A stretch of DNA of 64,000 nt from positions 13,703,834-13,767,833 of the forward strand of contig CM082579.2 in the NCBI GenBank assembly GCA_040954595.2, written 5' to 3'. Numbering within the stretch: position 1 is the stretch's first letter; every line of letters begins with the position of its first letter. Both the position numbers and the translations under genes were made by a program. The notes beneath the pieces are model-generated. The model did not search any database. It was not told the origin of the DNA and saw only the letters and a list, made by a program, of their open reading frames with translations. The DNA comes from Balanoglossus misakiensis (taxonomy: Eukaryota; Animalia; Hemichordata). This document shows, one piece after another, positions 1 through 12,068 of this stretch.

Positions 1-336
1 TAACAGGTGTGAAATAAGAATTTGGATAACATTGACAGTATTTTGGCTATTGTTGGGGGGGGGGGGTGGAGCAATAAGTGATTTTGAAACCCCATGTAAC
101 ACCTGTCTTACCATTAATATGACTGCATTTATGGTACCATAAGGAATGCTAACAAAATGACTGGGGAACCCTGGTTACATTACCCTGATCACCACAATGG
201 TTCAGTCCAACAGCATTGTTTTCTATGGTAAGGTTGGACCTCTGAAGAGGGAATTGGGGTGGAAGGGTTAAAAAAAAACACTGACTGACAATACTGCCAA
301 TAACAAAATATTGTTTTATCTTCTCTTTGTATACAG

Positions 337-3300
337 CACACCAATACAGAAACATTGTATATTGATCTGCAACTCTCCTCCATATCCTTTGCCAAGTCAA
401 GATAGTATTAATTACAGTGGATTTACTGCAGAACAATTGGCTGCCATGTTGGGTGAGGTAAGTAAGCGATGTAAAACATTTCATACAACACTGCATACTA
501 ACAATAGTCATATCAACCTGACAAGGGAAGATGAAAAAAAACACTAAGCCCCATTGAACAGCTGTATTTTCTTGGAATCTGGTTTTATAATAAACTTTGA
601 TTGATTGAAATGTGTTTTACATCTAAATGCATCGTTTTGGGAACATTTTCTAGAATGTATGTGATTATTAAATTGAACTTGTATATTTGCTGGGGGCAAC
701 TATTTTTTCATTAAAGATGAGGAATGCCCAATGTTCGGATTGTCTTCAAAAAGATGACAACAACTCAAGTCTCAAACACTCTTTGTTTTGAATTTTGAAT
801 TGTTTTTGTTGCATCAGTAACGACTTCACATGTGGATGCCACATTTTGATTCTTAGCAAATGTTGTATTTTGACAGAGAGGAGTCCATTCCTCAATCATA
901 TCACCCCGCAAACTGCCTGAACTCCAAAAACTTAGCGACAACGCGTGAAGTACAGATGGTACCTATGAAGGATTATGCGGCTGATCCACACCACATGATA
1001 CTTCTCAAAGGTTATCAACTTGCTGGTAGGTATCTGTTGCTATGCAAATATTTGCAATCATACCATCCTGATTCTAAAGTTCACAGGTCAAATATATAAC
1101 TTGTTTATGTGGCCATTTACAACCAATTCATCATTTTGTGGTTTGTTAAGATTTTTATTACTCTAAATTGGTACTTCCATAAAATGGTTGTAATATATTT
1201 AATAATATTTATTACACATCACAAATTATTATGCGCTCTTGGTTGGCTAATACTAAATATGATAGTACTTCATGACCTCTGCACACGAACTGTGCCTTAC
1301 AGAAGTTATTTTCGCGAGTGATGCAGTGTATTCTGTTGCAGTACTTTCACAAGCCAAGCATTTTATTCCCCATCATGTCAATGCCTGGCCAATGAATTAC
1401 ACATCCTCCTGAAAATTGCTGGTAGGTGAGAAATCAGTTTCCATGGTTGCATCCTGGATGAAACACTGGTACAGGTTCAAGACAAGTTTAGTGACATTGT
1501 GTAAATCCACAGAAGAATTTCACATCAACTCTATAATCTTCAATTTTTCTCATGATTGTGTTTCAGAAAAATCTGTGTCAAGTGGTGATACATAAGAGGT
1601 TGTCATCATGAAACCTAAAACCATAGCAACCACTTCAGTGTCTACAACCACTACCACAACACAGCCATTGAAACCCGCATCAACAGTTACCATGTTTACA
1701 GCATCTACCTCCAGTATGACCTCAAATCCTCTCAAATCAACTGTTGGAAGTTCAACTCCAGGTAAAGTCTCCAGTGTTGCTTATGAGACATTTGTCAAAT
1801 TAGGTCCGCACATAATTAGACCACCAAGTGAAGTGTGAGATATAGTAGAATATTGCCATGTTGATCTTCACTACAATATTAGTTAAAGTTATATAGCACT
1901 CTGTGATCAACGAGTTGAAAATACAGCATGAGCTGTAGTCCCCTTCATCAGCTGTACACGTAGAATGAACAGAGAAACAGAGAATCATGGGGTATTCAAA
2001 GTAGGAAATATGTGCAGGACCAGGTGCATCGATCAGAAAAATTTCCTACAGTGGATTTTCTATCTGAGGATGGTGACTTCATGACCGCGATATTGTGCCC
2101 TAGAGCGAGGCACTTTACTTCTCATTGCTCTTGGGAGACTGGCTTTGTAGAGGTGATTTGCACCTGTTCTAGTCTTTCTACTAGACATATTTTCTGTGTT
2201 TGCGATTGATGAATTACTGTCTAATGGGAAATTTTTGTAAACTTCGCGAGAACCAACAAATGCGAATTAAAAAGTCATATAAAAATGTTTTTCGGGGATA
2301 TTGGTGAAGTTAGTGAAATATAAGAATGCGAAATTTAATTGTAGCATAACAGCTGTCTCTATTGATATTGCGAAAATTTCTTGTCACAGAAATTTCCCGT
2401 TTATTTAGTGTGTGTGTCTGTCAGTCTGTTGCATCAGTAACGACTTCACATGTGGATGCCACATTTTGATTCTTAGCAAATGTTGTATTTTGACACAGAG
2501 GAGTCCATTCCTCAATCATATCACCCCGCAAACGGCCTGAACTCCAAAAACTTAGCAACAAAGCGTGAAGTACAGATGGTACCTATGAAGGATTATGCGG
2601 CTGATCCACACCACATGATACTTCTCAAAGGTTATCAACTTGCTGGTAGGTATCTGTTGCTATGCAAATATTTGCAATCATACCATCCTGATTCTAAAGT
2701 TCACAGGTCAAATATATAACTTGTTTATGTGGCCATTTACAACCAATTCATCATTTTGTGGTTTGTTAAAATGTTACTCGAAATCGGTACTTCCATGAAA
2801 TGGTTGTAATATATTTAATAATATTTATTACACATCACAAATTATTATGCGCTCTTGGTTGGCTAATACTAAATATGATAGTACTTCATGACCTCTGCAC
2901 ACGAACTGTGCCTTACAGAAGTTATTTTCGCGAGTGATGCAGTGTATTCTGTTGCAGTACTTTCACAAGCCAAGCATTTTATTCCCCATCATGTCAATGC
3001 CTGGCCAATGAATTACACATCCTCCTGAAAATTGCTGGTAGGTGAGAAATCAGTTTCCATGGTTGCATCCTGGATGAAACACTGGTACAGGTTCAAGACA
3101 AGTTTAGTGACATTGTGTAAATCCACAGAAGAATTTCACATCAACTCTATAATCTTCAATTTTTCTCATGATTGTGTTTCAGAAAAATCTGTGTCAAGTG
3201 GTGATACATAAGAGGTTGTCATCGTGAAACCTAAAACCATAGCAACCACTTCAGTGTCTACAACCACTACCACAACACAGCCATTGAAACCCGCATCAAC

Positions 3301-4888
3301 AGTTACCATGTTTACAGCATCTACCTCCAGTATGACCTCAAATCCTCTCAAATCAACTGTTGGAAGTTCAACTCCAGGTAAAGTCTCCAGTGTTGCTTAT
3401 GAGACATTTGTCAAATTAGGTCCGCACATAATTAGACCACCAAGTGAAGTGTGAGATATAGTAGAATATTGCCATGTTGATCTTCACTACAATATTAGTT
3501 AAAGTTATATAGCACTCTGTGATCAACGAGTTGAAAATACAGCATGAGCTGTAGTCCCCTTCATCAGCTGTACACGTAGAATGAACAGAGAAACAGAGAA
3601 TCATGGGGTATTCAAAGTAGGAAATATGTGCAGGACCAGGTGCATCGATCAGAAAAATTTCCTACAGTGGATTTTCTATCTGAGGATGGTGACTTCATGA
3701 CCGCGATATTGTGCCCTTGAGCGAGGCACTTTACTTCTCATTGCTCTTGGGAGACTGGCTTTGTAGAGGTGATTTGCACCTGTTCTAGTCTTTCTACTAG
3801 ACATATTTTCTGTGTTTGCGATTGATGAATTACTGTCTAATGGGAAATTTTTGTAAACTTCGCGAGAACCAACAAATGCGAATTAAAAAGTCATATAAAA
3901 ATGTTTTTCGGGGATATTGGTGAAGTTAGTGAAATATAAGAATGCGAAATTTAATTGTAGCATAACAGCTGTCTCTATTGATATTGCGAAAATTTCTTGT
4001 CACAGAAATTTCCCGTTTTACAGTTCATAAATAAATCAACTAGATCTTTTTACTGCAGATGCCACACCAACTAATCATCTGTTACCTGGACGACCAAGTC
4101 AAATTGGAAGTCAGTCTCCACAACAACTGTCATCCTCTCAACAGAAACTGACTCAACCGAGTCAGCCCCAGATGCAGGGCCAAGGTAAAAGGTCATCAAT
4201 GCCTGTTGCCCAGCCTACCAGTTTACCAAACCAACCAGTATCCACTGTCACAGCAAACAGGACACAACAACCCAATGTGACTGCCTCAAGTATCCCCATG
4301 AGACAATTTTTGTCCACTCAGGTACAGTTGTTGTCTATGTGATTTAAATTAGCTGTTTCTAGTTACCCATCTTGTGAATTGAAAGCTTTTTATGACTGTT
4401 TCACATAGCCTTGTGTTACCATTTTCTATACAGTAAACTATTGTTTCAAAACACATTCAAAACTTCTGTTTTGGTTGCTAGAAACCCATTGTGAATGCAA
4501 AGACTCTTTTGGATAATGCCTGAGACTCAGTGATCAATTTCAATTTTTAATGAGATTAATGTTGATAAGCCCTAATGTGGGTATGTGTGTTGAAAATAGG
4601 ACTTAGAGAGTTGCAAGCTCAACATCGAATCAAAAATTGAAGTCATGAATTTAAAATGGGGTTTTGAATACTGGCCTTGATAATGCTTCATATTAACTAG
4701 GTTTGTTACTCTTTTTGGACAGGCAACTTCACCACCAAAGATGACTTCCCAGCATGCACCAGCTGCTGCACTGAAAGTCGCAGAGGGTGTCATGCAAATG
4801 GCAAATGCTAGTCAGTTCAGTAAGATGCCACCAATTGCTGCTGTGAATCCTATCAACTCACAGTCACGACAGAAATGGCCACAAAGAG
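337..4888 (+). pseudogene. MED25: MED25 (Mediator subunit 25) partial duplicate, copy 1; exons ~337-457, 877-1025, 1567-1761, 4059-4321, 4723-4888 (exons 2-3 repeated at ~2497-2645 and ~3183-3377)
   Basis: AG/GT-bounded exons translate to QKHCILICNSPPYPLPSQDSINYSGFTAEQLAAMLGE|RGVHSSIISPRKLPELQKL...KDYAADPHHMILLKGYQL, matching the end of the MED25 VWA domain as I recall it (CLLICNSPPY...GERGIHFSIVSPRKLP...DPRHMVLVRG). S/T/P/Q-rich exons follow. There is a frameshift in exon 2 (gcgTGAagta) and a TAA in exon 3. Confidence 0.85.
807..4020 (+). repeat. Tandem duplication of ~1.6 kb (807-2403 and 2427-4020) with a 23-nt filler
   Basis: Near-identical sequence at offset ~1620, also visible as duplicated ORFs in the track. 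The filler tttagtgtgtgtgtctgtcagtc lies at 2404-2426. Confidence 0.95.
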
Positions 4889-4895
4889 GTAGGTA

Positions 4896-5538
4896 CAGTC
4901 AAACCTGTCTATACTGGCCAGTCAAGGGACTTCCAAAACTGACATTTATAGACAGGTGGCTTCTATAGACTGGTCAATAAATGTGCAATGTACATGTACA
5001 TGAAATGAAACAAAGTTGCCACTACATAGAGGTGGCCACAAACACATAGTTGACTGTCATATATGTTATGTTGCCATGGCAGTCATTTACCATGAGTTCG
5101 ATTATACATTGCCAAAACCGGAGGAAAAAAATATTCAAGTTCCCCTTTTCATATTCTCCATCAATGGTATAATACGCCAGTGTCATGACCACACACAACT
5201 TCCACCCTGCTTGTAGCCACGAGAGTGAAAAAAACCTCACCAATATGAACAATCGGTCTCTATCATTTATTCATTTTGGGCGAGTTTTTATGCTCATATC
5301 ATTCAAGCGGGATGGAAATTGTGTATGGTTGAACATTCATTCACTACATATACATATGTACATTAACATAAAATGTCTCTTGTATCAAACATAATGGAAA
5401 AAAAGGGCAGCGAGAGAGAGACTTTGTCCCTTTAATAGAAATGTGCATCTATTTCAACTATTACTTCTGTCTTGAACAATCTTTCCTTAATAGAGTGGTG
5501 TACTGATTAGAGAGATGTCTTATTGACAGGTTTCACTG
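4896..5538. mobile_element. Tc1/mariner/pogo-like MITE (CAGT termini, TA TSD); related copies near 18345, 34015-34200, 45598-45783
   Basis: ta|cagtcaaacctgtc ... gacaggtttcactg|ta. Confidence 0.6.
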
Positions 5539-5884
5539 TATAATATCAACATTTTCAGTTCCATAATCCTTCAGTGTTTGCCAGAGAATTTCGACAGCAC
5601 TCAAAAACTTTCTCTGCCATACTCACAATAAGAGAAAGCTTGCACCTGTGTTTTACTGTTAAATTACCATACCACAAAAAACAGTTTGTTTTTGCGAGCA
5701 ATAAAGTTTTCGCGAAATATGCGAGAACCAACAAACGTGAAAATAAAAAGTCGCGTGAAATATTTTTCGTAGATAAAGATGCAATGAAATACGAGAATGT
5801 GAAAATTAATCCTCGCGTAACAGTTTGGTCTTTTAATGTCGCGAAAAATTTCCTTTCATGAAAATAATCCGTTTTACAGTCTGG

Positions 5885-6082
5885 TAATATTGAAGGTCAG
5901 AATGCTTTTGATGAGAGAACAATACACCAGTTGCAAAGTATCTTGACAAACATGAAATGATTGAATTCTCCAAAGAAGATATAATCTCGCAGTTGGTGTG
6001 TTGTTTCCTCATCAAAAGCATTCTGACCTTCAATATTATTCTGTTGAGCTATACATGCAATCTAGTCTATATATGAACAGAA
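5885..6082. mobile_element. Short hairpin-ended non-autonomous element (Crypton-like architecture)
   Basis: Palindrome 5885-6038 with 31-bp perfect outer arms, followed by ttctgtt (6039-6045), whose inverse aacagaa is at 6076-6082. Confidence 0.5.
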
Positions 6083-6193
6083 ACATTGTATATTGATCTG
6101 CAACTCTCCTCCACATCCCTTGCCAAGTCAAGATAGTATTAATTACAGTGGATTTACTGCAAAACAATTGGCTGCCATGTTGGGTGAGGTAAG

Positions 6194-8638
6194 CAGTGTT
6201 TTCTCCAGGACGCGCGATTGCGTGATTCCCCCTCGATTCCCCCTCTTTTACACTTGAATCGCCCCTTGAACTTGTTACAAGGGGCGATTCAATCGCCCCT
6301 TTCTAGAGCAGCCCACCTAGCCAGTACTTGTGCGTCCATGCCTCCATAGCATGCACTGTCAGTCAAAACACTGGGAAAATGGCCGATATTACTGCATGCT
6401 GGCCTATCAGTGTTAGCGGTAGGATTTCAAAAGCATTAGCCATTTTGGCTAATGACACCTAAATTCAATTAGCCAAATTAGAAATTGATTAGCCATTTTT
6501 TTCGCAATTTTATCCTGCTTGACAAATAAATTTGTAGACACGAATGTTTACTTCTACTTAAAATAAATACAACACAAATGACATTTTCTGGATTGCTTTT
6601 GTTTATAACAACAATACTTGTATGGTACACAAATGTTTGTACCATCACATTTTTACACAACACTTATTTTCACACAATGATATGCAATAAAAGGATGATA
6701 CATCTACAGTGTTTTCTCTTGACCGAGCTTTTTGAGCAATTGTCTGCCGCCTAAAAATCACGCAACTGCCTACTTGCCATTGACTTGAAACATAGACTAA
6801 ACACATCCAGCAATATACTGAGAACGAGGTCTGTGATAGCGACCTAAGTGCAGGGTTCGACACTGCTATAAAATGTTCACTTTCCCGCAGGACCAGTAAA
6901 ATGTATAATTCAGTGGTCCTGTGAAATATTTGCTAGTCACGTCAACAGGTCTCATGATTTTCACATTTTTCGTAGCAAAGGGAATCTGGAAAGGGATGTA
7001 TTGAGAGGTATGCATATGGCATGCTGGAAATGAGGCCACATGTACAATTGTCACAGGAGGTACTAAATTTTAAACCAAACTCAAGCAAGGTACATAATTT
7101 AATTAGTCTTAAAAAAGATACAAAATATAAGAAGAATACTAGAATTGAAGCCAAACTAGCAAAGCCAGGTGAGACTTTGGCAGAGAAAATTCTCAGTTGC
7201 TGTTCGTTTTACTCTTGTGGTTGGATAATTTCGGTGAGTACTTTTGGGTCTACCTACAGTCAGGGTCTGTAGGTAGACCCAAAAGTACTCACAGTACAGA
7301 TGCCAAAACACTAAATAAGAGCATGGGAATTTATCTTTTCTGAAACTACTTTGGCTTTGCAATCGCCTTATCAAAAAGAAACTTCCATAAACAACCTGTA
7401 TACTTGACGCGTTCAAGTCAAGGCAGACCTAAATGTATCAATTTGTAAGCATAACCCATTCAAAACATGCAAATTAGGAAAAGACGCATATGCATTCTTT
7501 GCGTCCCCAGAGACACATACAGGAAATCAAGCGAGTGCGGTCACTAACTGGAAGAGCTGAATCCAATGCATTGCCTTACGATATTCAAGATACAGGGGGT
7601 GATGATCATTAACAGAACAACGCCAAACAAAATGGATGCCGCGAGAAAGCCTGAGTTACGATCACGATCGAAGCTGCCGGGATCAAATTCGGACTTCGCC
7701 AAAGTGACGAATTGGGTGCAAAATAAATTCGCCAAATTGAATTTCATTTCGCTATAGCGAATTTGGCGAGCGCTAGCGCGAACACTGCCTATACATTTTA
7801 ACTTCCCACCCCCAAAACTATGTTGTAGATGTCTTTCACATTCAATTATGTGTACTTTAGCTCCAGGGCTATAGTGTGCAATTATTGGAACAGCCAAAGA
7901 GTTCTATCTGGACACCGTCTAAATTTAGAGCACACATTCAAGTGAACTTGTTGGTATGGTGACCTTTGAAATTGGGTTGGCAGAACGTAACAATTTTATG
8001 CAAATTAAGAGAACTGCGTTCATGCCATGGCGATTATCAAGGATGTATAATTTTTCCGTGACCTCGTTTTCTTACTTAGGAAGGAAAGTCATTCAATATG
8101 TACAGAGACTGTTTACTTTGAGTAGTGTGCCTAGCCACGTACAGATGGGGAAGTGTACTGCAGAAATCTGAAGGAAAATATACCACTTCAATTTATTCCA
8201 CTATTAATGGTTTCACAATCTAATATTTTGGCAGCTAAACTGAAACTTTTAAAAGCAAACAAGATAATTTTTTCCCAGGTATAGTATTAAAGAAAGACAC
8301 TATTGTTTTTGCAGTTGCATTCATTTTATTCATTTCACTCTCCTTGCCAGGGGAGCAGTTCTTAGTCACTCTCCTACCACTTGTGTAAAAAATTTCAGGA
8401 AAGTTATTTTCAGCTCTCCAGCATTTTTTAAATTACACGCCCTGAAAGTTATGCAAGCTGGATTGTTCCTCTGCAAAACCTACTAATTTATTATTCAAAA
8501 TGGTCATTACTTGATATTTACCTAAGTAACATAAATTATGCAAATCATGATTCCCCCCTATTTTGACCAAATCCCCCCTTAATTTTAGACTAAGGGGGAA
8601 CATTCCCCCCTTCTCTCAACATCCTGGAGAAAACACTG
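6194..8638. mobile_element. Non-autonomous hAT-like DNA transposon (2.4 kb, no transposase)
   Basis: Perfect 17-bp TIR cagtgttttctccagga / tcctggagaaaacactg. Absent from the paralogous intron at ~458-470. Flanks are ggtaag / ggtcag. Confidence 0.85.
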
Positions 8639-8972
8639 GGTCAGCGATGTAAAGGAGTAGCTCTAAGTGAGCGCTGTTTAAGGTGCGGTGGGGACAGTAG
8701 GGGTCCGTGTGCCAGCCAATCATATGCTGTCTGAAGCCCGCCGGAGGGAAAGTTTCCCGGGCTTGTCATTGCCACTTTTGCATTCGGCGGAGCAGCAGGC
8801 TGGACACGGGACGCTATTCCCTTCCGTAGTGTCAAGCGACACTGACAGCGGACTGTACGTTTATTCAAGTGGTACACTTTGACTTTCACGATCCTTGAGA
8901 CAGCGGAACTGACCCATTCAGAGGTATTGTCACGATTTCTGAGATTATCGCTAACCTACCTTATCCACAGTT

Positions 8973-10319
8973 TTGAGACTTGGCTCGAACGCTCCCCCGA
9001 TTGACACTGCTACTTTTGCCGCGTCGGACTGGCGAGAAAAAAGGGCAACGCTGAAGACACCTCAAACGCTACCTACGGGTAGGCCCGTGCCTGATCCTTC
9101 GCTCATTATATCTGGGTCTGTACCTGAATCAGTGCCCGCGCCGGACTCTGAAGTACAAAACTGGGCCGATCAACATGGGATCTTACTGCCAACTCTGAAT
9201 GTGTTAGCGGCCAACGGGTTTACTACGATGCAAGTGGTCAGATTAATTCAGCATGACGATTTATATTTCATGAAGATATCTCCTTTTGCCCAGTTTCGGC
9301 AATTGGACGCAGCGCTTATCGAGCTTGCCTCACAGAAACGTACGACCGCTCGACGGGCAGATGTGGCGGGAGATCGAGATGCCACCCAAGTCGCTGACCG
9401 GAACCGTGCGCCCTCGCATACGACGGCCGGACAACAATACACAGACAACATGGTGGCCCCCAGTACATCAGACTCCCACGAAGCCAGTTCAGCGAGCGCG
9501 AAGACCGTCGACTCCGAACAGGCACAACAGGCAAGTCGAGGAGAAGTTGGACTGGACTCGCTGCTTCAGGCGTTGAATATCAACGCGGGACCACTGAACA
9601 ATGACCTGACCCCGCCCAGGAAGATACCTCAGCGCATGGACTTAGAACCCATGGTGTATTTAAAACCGGCGTCCATGGCAGGTTTGAAATTTTATGACAT
9701 TGTTGACTATGTACCAAGCTCCCTACAGGCTAAGGTCGACCAAAAAGTGCTGGCCTTTGGAGCGGGGGAAAACAAACTGGTGTTTGAATCGGGTCCATCA
9801 AAACCAAAATTAGGGTCGGTGACCCCTCAGCAATGGTCTGCGGCCAACTCTCGCATTTTGTACGAACTCATTTCAAAGCACAATTACAACCTTACTCAAG
9901 TACAAGAGTATTCAGCATACACCATTAAAGTGTGTCAACTGGCAGACCGATATGAATGGGTGTCTGTTTTGCATTATGATCGGGAGTTCCGTAAACTACA
10001 AGCAGCCTATATTTTACCATGGGGAACTGACTCCCAACATTTGTCCACTGTGTATTTGAGGGAAAAAGGGGCAGTGCAAAACAAAGCACGGGGGTCATAT
10101 CAGGTCAAAAATGGTAAGTCTACTTCTGCGGCGCCCGTTGGTGTCAAGACAGGACAACCCATTTGTATCGGTTACAATAAAGGGGATTGCAAGTTCGGGG
10201 TAAAATGTAATTACAGTCATATATGTTTGGATTGCAAAAAGGGCCATTCCAAAATCAACCACCCAAACTTGTCAGGGGGGAACCAAAGAGCGAGAACAAG
10301 CCGCTTCAAGGGTAACTGA
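8973..10319 (+). CDS. Ngaro ORF1 (gag-like) with N-terminal SAM-like helical domain and C-terminal CCCH zinc finger
   Basis: 448-aa ORF with W..VLHYDREFR core and CIGYNKGDCKFGVKCNYSHICLDC finger. True start codon uncertain. Confidence 0.85.
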   Translation: MRLGSNAPPIDTATFAASDWREKRATLKTPQTLPTGRPVPDPSLIISGSVPESVPAPDSEVQNWADQHGILLPTLNVLAANGFTTMQVVRLIQHDDLYFMKISPFAQFRQLDAALIELASQKRTTARRADVAGDRDATQVADRNRAPSHTTAGQQYTDNMVAPSTSDSHEASSASAKTVDSEQAQQASRGEVGLDSLLQALNINAGPLNNDLTPPRKIPQRMDLEPMVYLKPASMAGLKFYDIVDYVPSSLQAKVDQKVLAFGAGENKLVFESGPSKPKLGSVTPQQWSAANSRILYELISKHNYNLTQVQEYSAYTIKVCQLADRYEWVSVLHYDREFRKLQAAYILPWGTDSQHLSTVYLREKGAVQNKARGSYQVKNGKSTSAAPVGVKTGQPICIGYNKGDCKFGVKCNYSHICLDCKKGHSKINHPNLSGGNQRARTSRFKGN

Positions 10320-10329
10320 CCTGCCCACC

Positions 10330-12068
10330 CCTCCCCCCTTCCCTTCAGCCTTACGTTATGAAGCCTGGGTTACTGAAATTTTCCCCAATGACCCAGACAA
10401 AGATTTTATTCTTGACGGGATTGAACAGGGTTTTTGCATTGTCGATCCTGGTTCTAATATCCGCCCTGCTGAGACAAATAATTACAAATCTGCAACGGAC
10501 CCCTCATTTCGTGTTGCAGTGGAGGAACAAATTTTGGTTGAGTTGAGTGAAGGTCGTTATGAGGTCACATCTGACAAACCAACTATTGTAAGCGCACTGG
10601 GGGCCATTCCCAAACAAAACTCACCAGATGTTAGACTGATTCATGATTGCAGTCAACCGCCCAATTTTGCAGTCAACGACTATGCAACTAATCCTTCGTT
10701 TTCCTTCCAAACCTTTGGGGAGGCCACCAAATTAATTAAGCCAGGGTCCTTTTTAGCTAAGGTGGATTTGAAGTCTGCATACAGGTCTGTCCGTATCCAT
10801 CCATCTATTAATAGTGCTACTGGGTTGAAATGGACCTTTTCTAACATGCAAGAGGCTACTTATATGTTCGACACGAGGCTCCCATTTGGAGCCAAAAAGG
10901 CCCCCATCATTTTTCACCGTCTCACCCAAGCTGTGCGTAGGATGATGCATCGCAAGGGTTATGTTTGTTTAGTGGTCTACCTTGATGATTTCCTCATTGT
11001 TGCAGATACTTACCAGGAGTGCCAAATTGCCCTGAACACCCTTATTTCATTGCTTCGTAAGTTAGGGTTTGCTATTGCTTGGGGTAAGGTTGAGAGACCC
11101 ACTCAACGGTTAGTATTTTTAGGTATTGAAATTGATACCCGCGCTTTTACTGTTGCCTTGCTGCTGCCAAAGCTTCATGAGCTTTATTCATTGCTGCTTA
11201 TTTTTCACACAAAAACACGTGCATCCCGCCGCCAGCTGCAATTCCTTGCTGGGAAATTAAACTGGGCTTGCCAGGTCATTGTCGGAGGTAGGACTTTCCT
11301 CCGTCGCATCCTGGATTGCATTAATAATCTCCGCCAACCTTCTCATAAAGTTATCCTTGGTAGGGAATTTAAGGCCGATCTTGATTGGTGGATTCGCTTT
11401 TTACCACATTTTAATGGCACTTGCAAGATTCTGAATACAGACCCTATAACTGATGTGCATACAGATGCTAGCAACACCGCTGCCGGTGCTTATTTTAAGG
11501 GGGATTGGGTGTACACCAGGTGGGCTGACTGGCCATCTACTTCACACTTCATATTAATTACAAAGAGGTGCTGGCTGTTGCAGTGGCAGCACAAAGATGG
11601 GCACCTGTGTGGGCAAATCATAGAGTTGTAATTCACTCGGACAGTATGTCTGCTATGGGTATGCTTAATAAGGGGACATGTCGCCATCCATTCATGATGT
11701 CTGTGCTTCGTTCTCTATTTTGGCTCTCAGCTTCTTACAACTTCAGCATTCAAGCAGTTTATGTTCCTGGTAAACTCAATCACATTCCTGATGCCATTTC
11801 CAGGTTGCATCAACCAGGTCAGTTCATGAGGTTGCATACACTGCTCCACCCTTATGGAGAGCTCCACCCCACCTTCACCTTAGCTAGCTTCCCACTTCAC
11901 ATGCCTTATACTGCTGCTACCTTTCTTACTCGTCAGATCCAGAGATCAAACAGCTGGAGGAACATCTGGATAGGGAAGTGGCCACATATAGAGGAAGTGC
12001 CTTTGCAGAAAATACACAGCGCACATACTCTGTCCACTGGAAGTCATACATCTCCTTTTGTGTTATGA
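10330..12068 (+). pseudogene. Ngaro pol: reverse transcriptase + RNase H, one frameshift near 11545-11550
   Basis: RLIHDCS, KVDLKSAYR, LPFG, YLDD and TDAS are in one frame; HINYKE, HSDSMSA and NHIPDAISR are in the next. The frame is open upstream of 10519 (DPDKDFILDGIEQGF), so the start is approximate. Confidence 0.9.

Noticed and set aside
1608-1838. Thr/Ser-rich ORF resembling a mucin
   Set aside because: It is a spliced low-complexity exon colinear with the MED25 exons, with an upstream in-frame stop.
8725-8765. Possible hammerhead ribozyme in Ngaro A repeat (ctgaagc...gaaa)
   Set aside because: Lacks the CUGANGA core, and the motif differs in A2.
8897-8907. gagacagcgga shared by Ngaro 5' region and DIRS 5' region (26506-26516)
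   Set aside because: An 11-mer match between unrelated elements can arise by chance; no further similarity.
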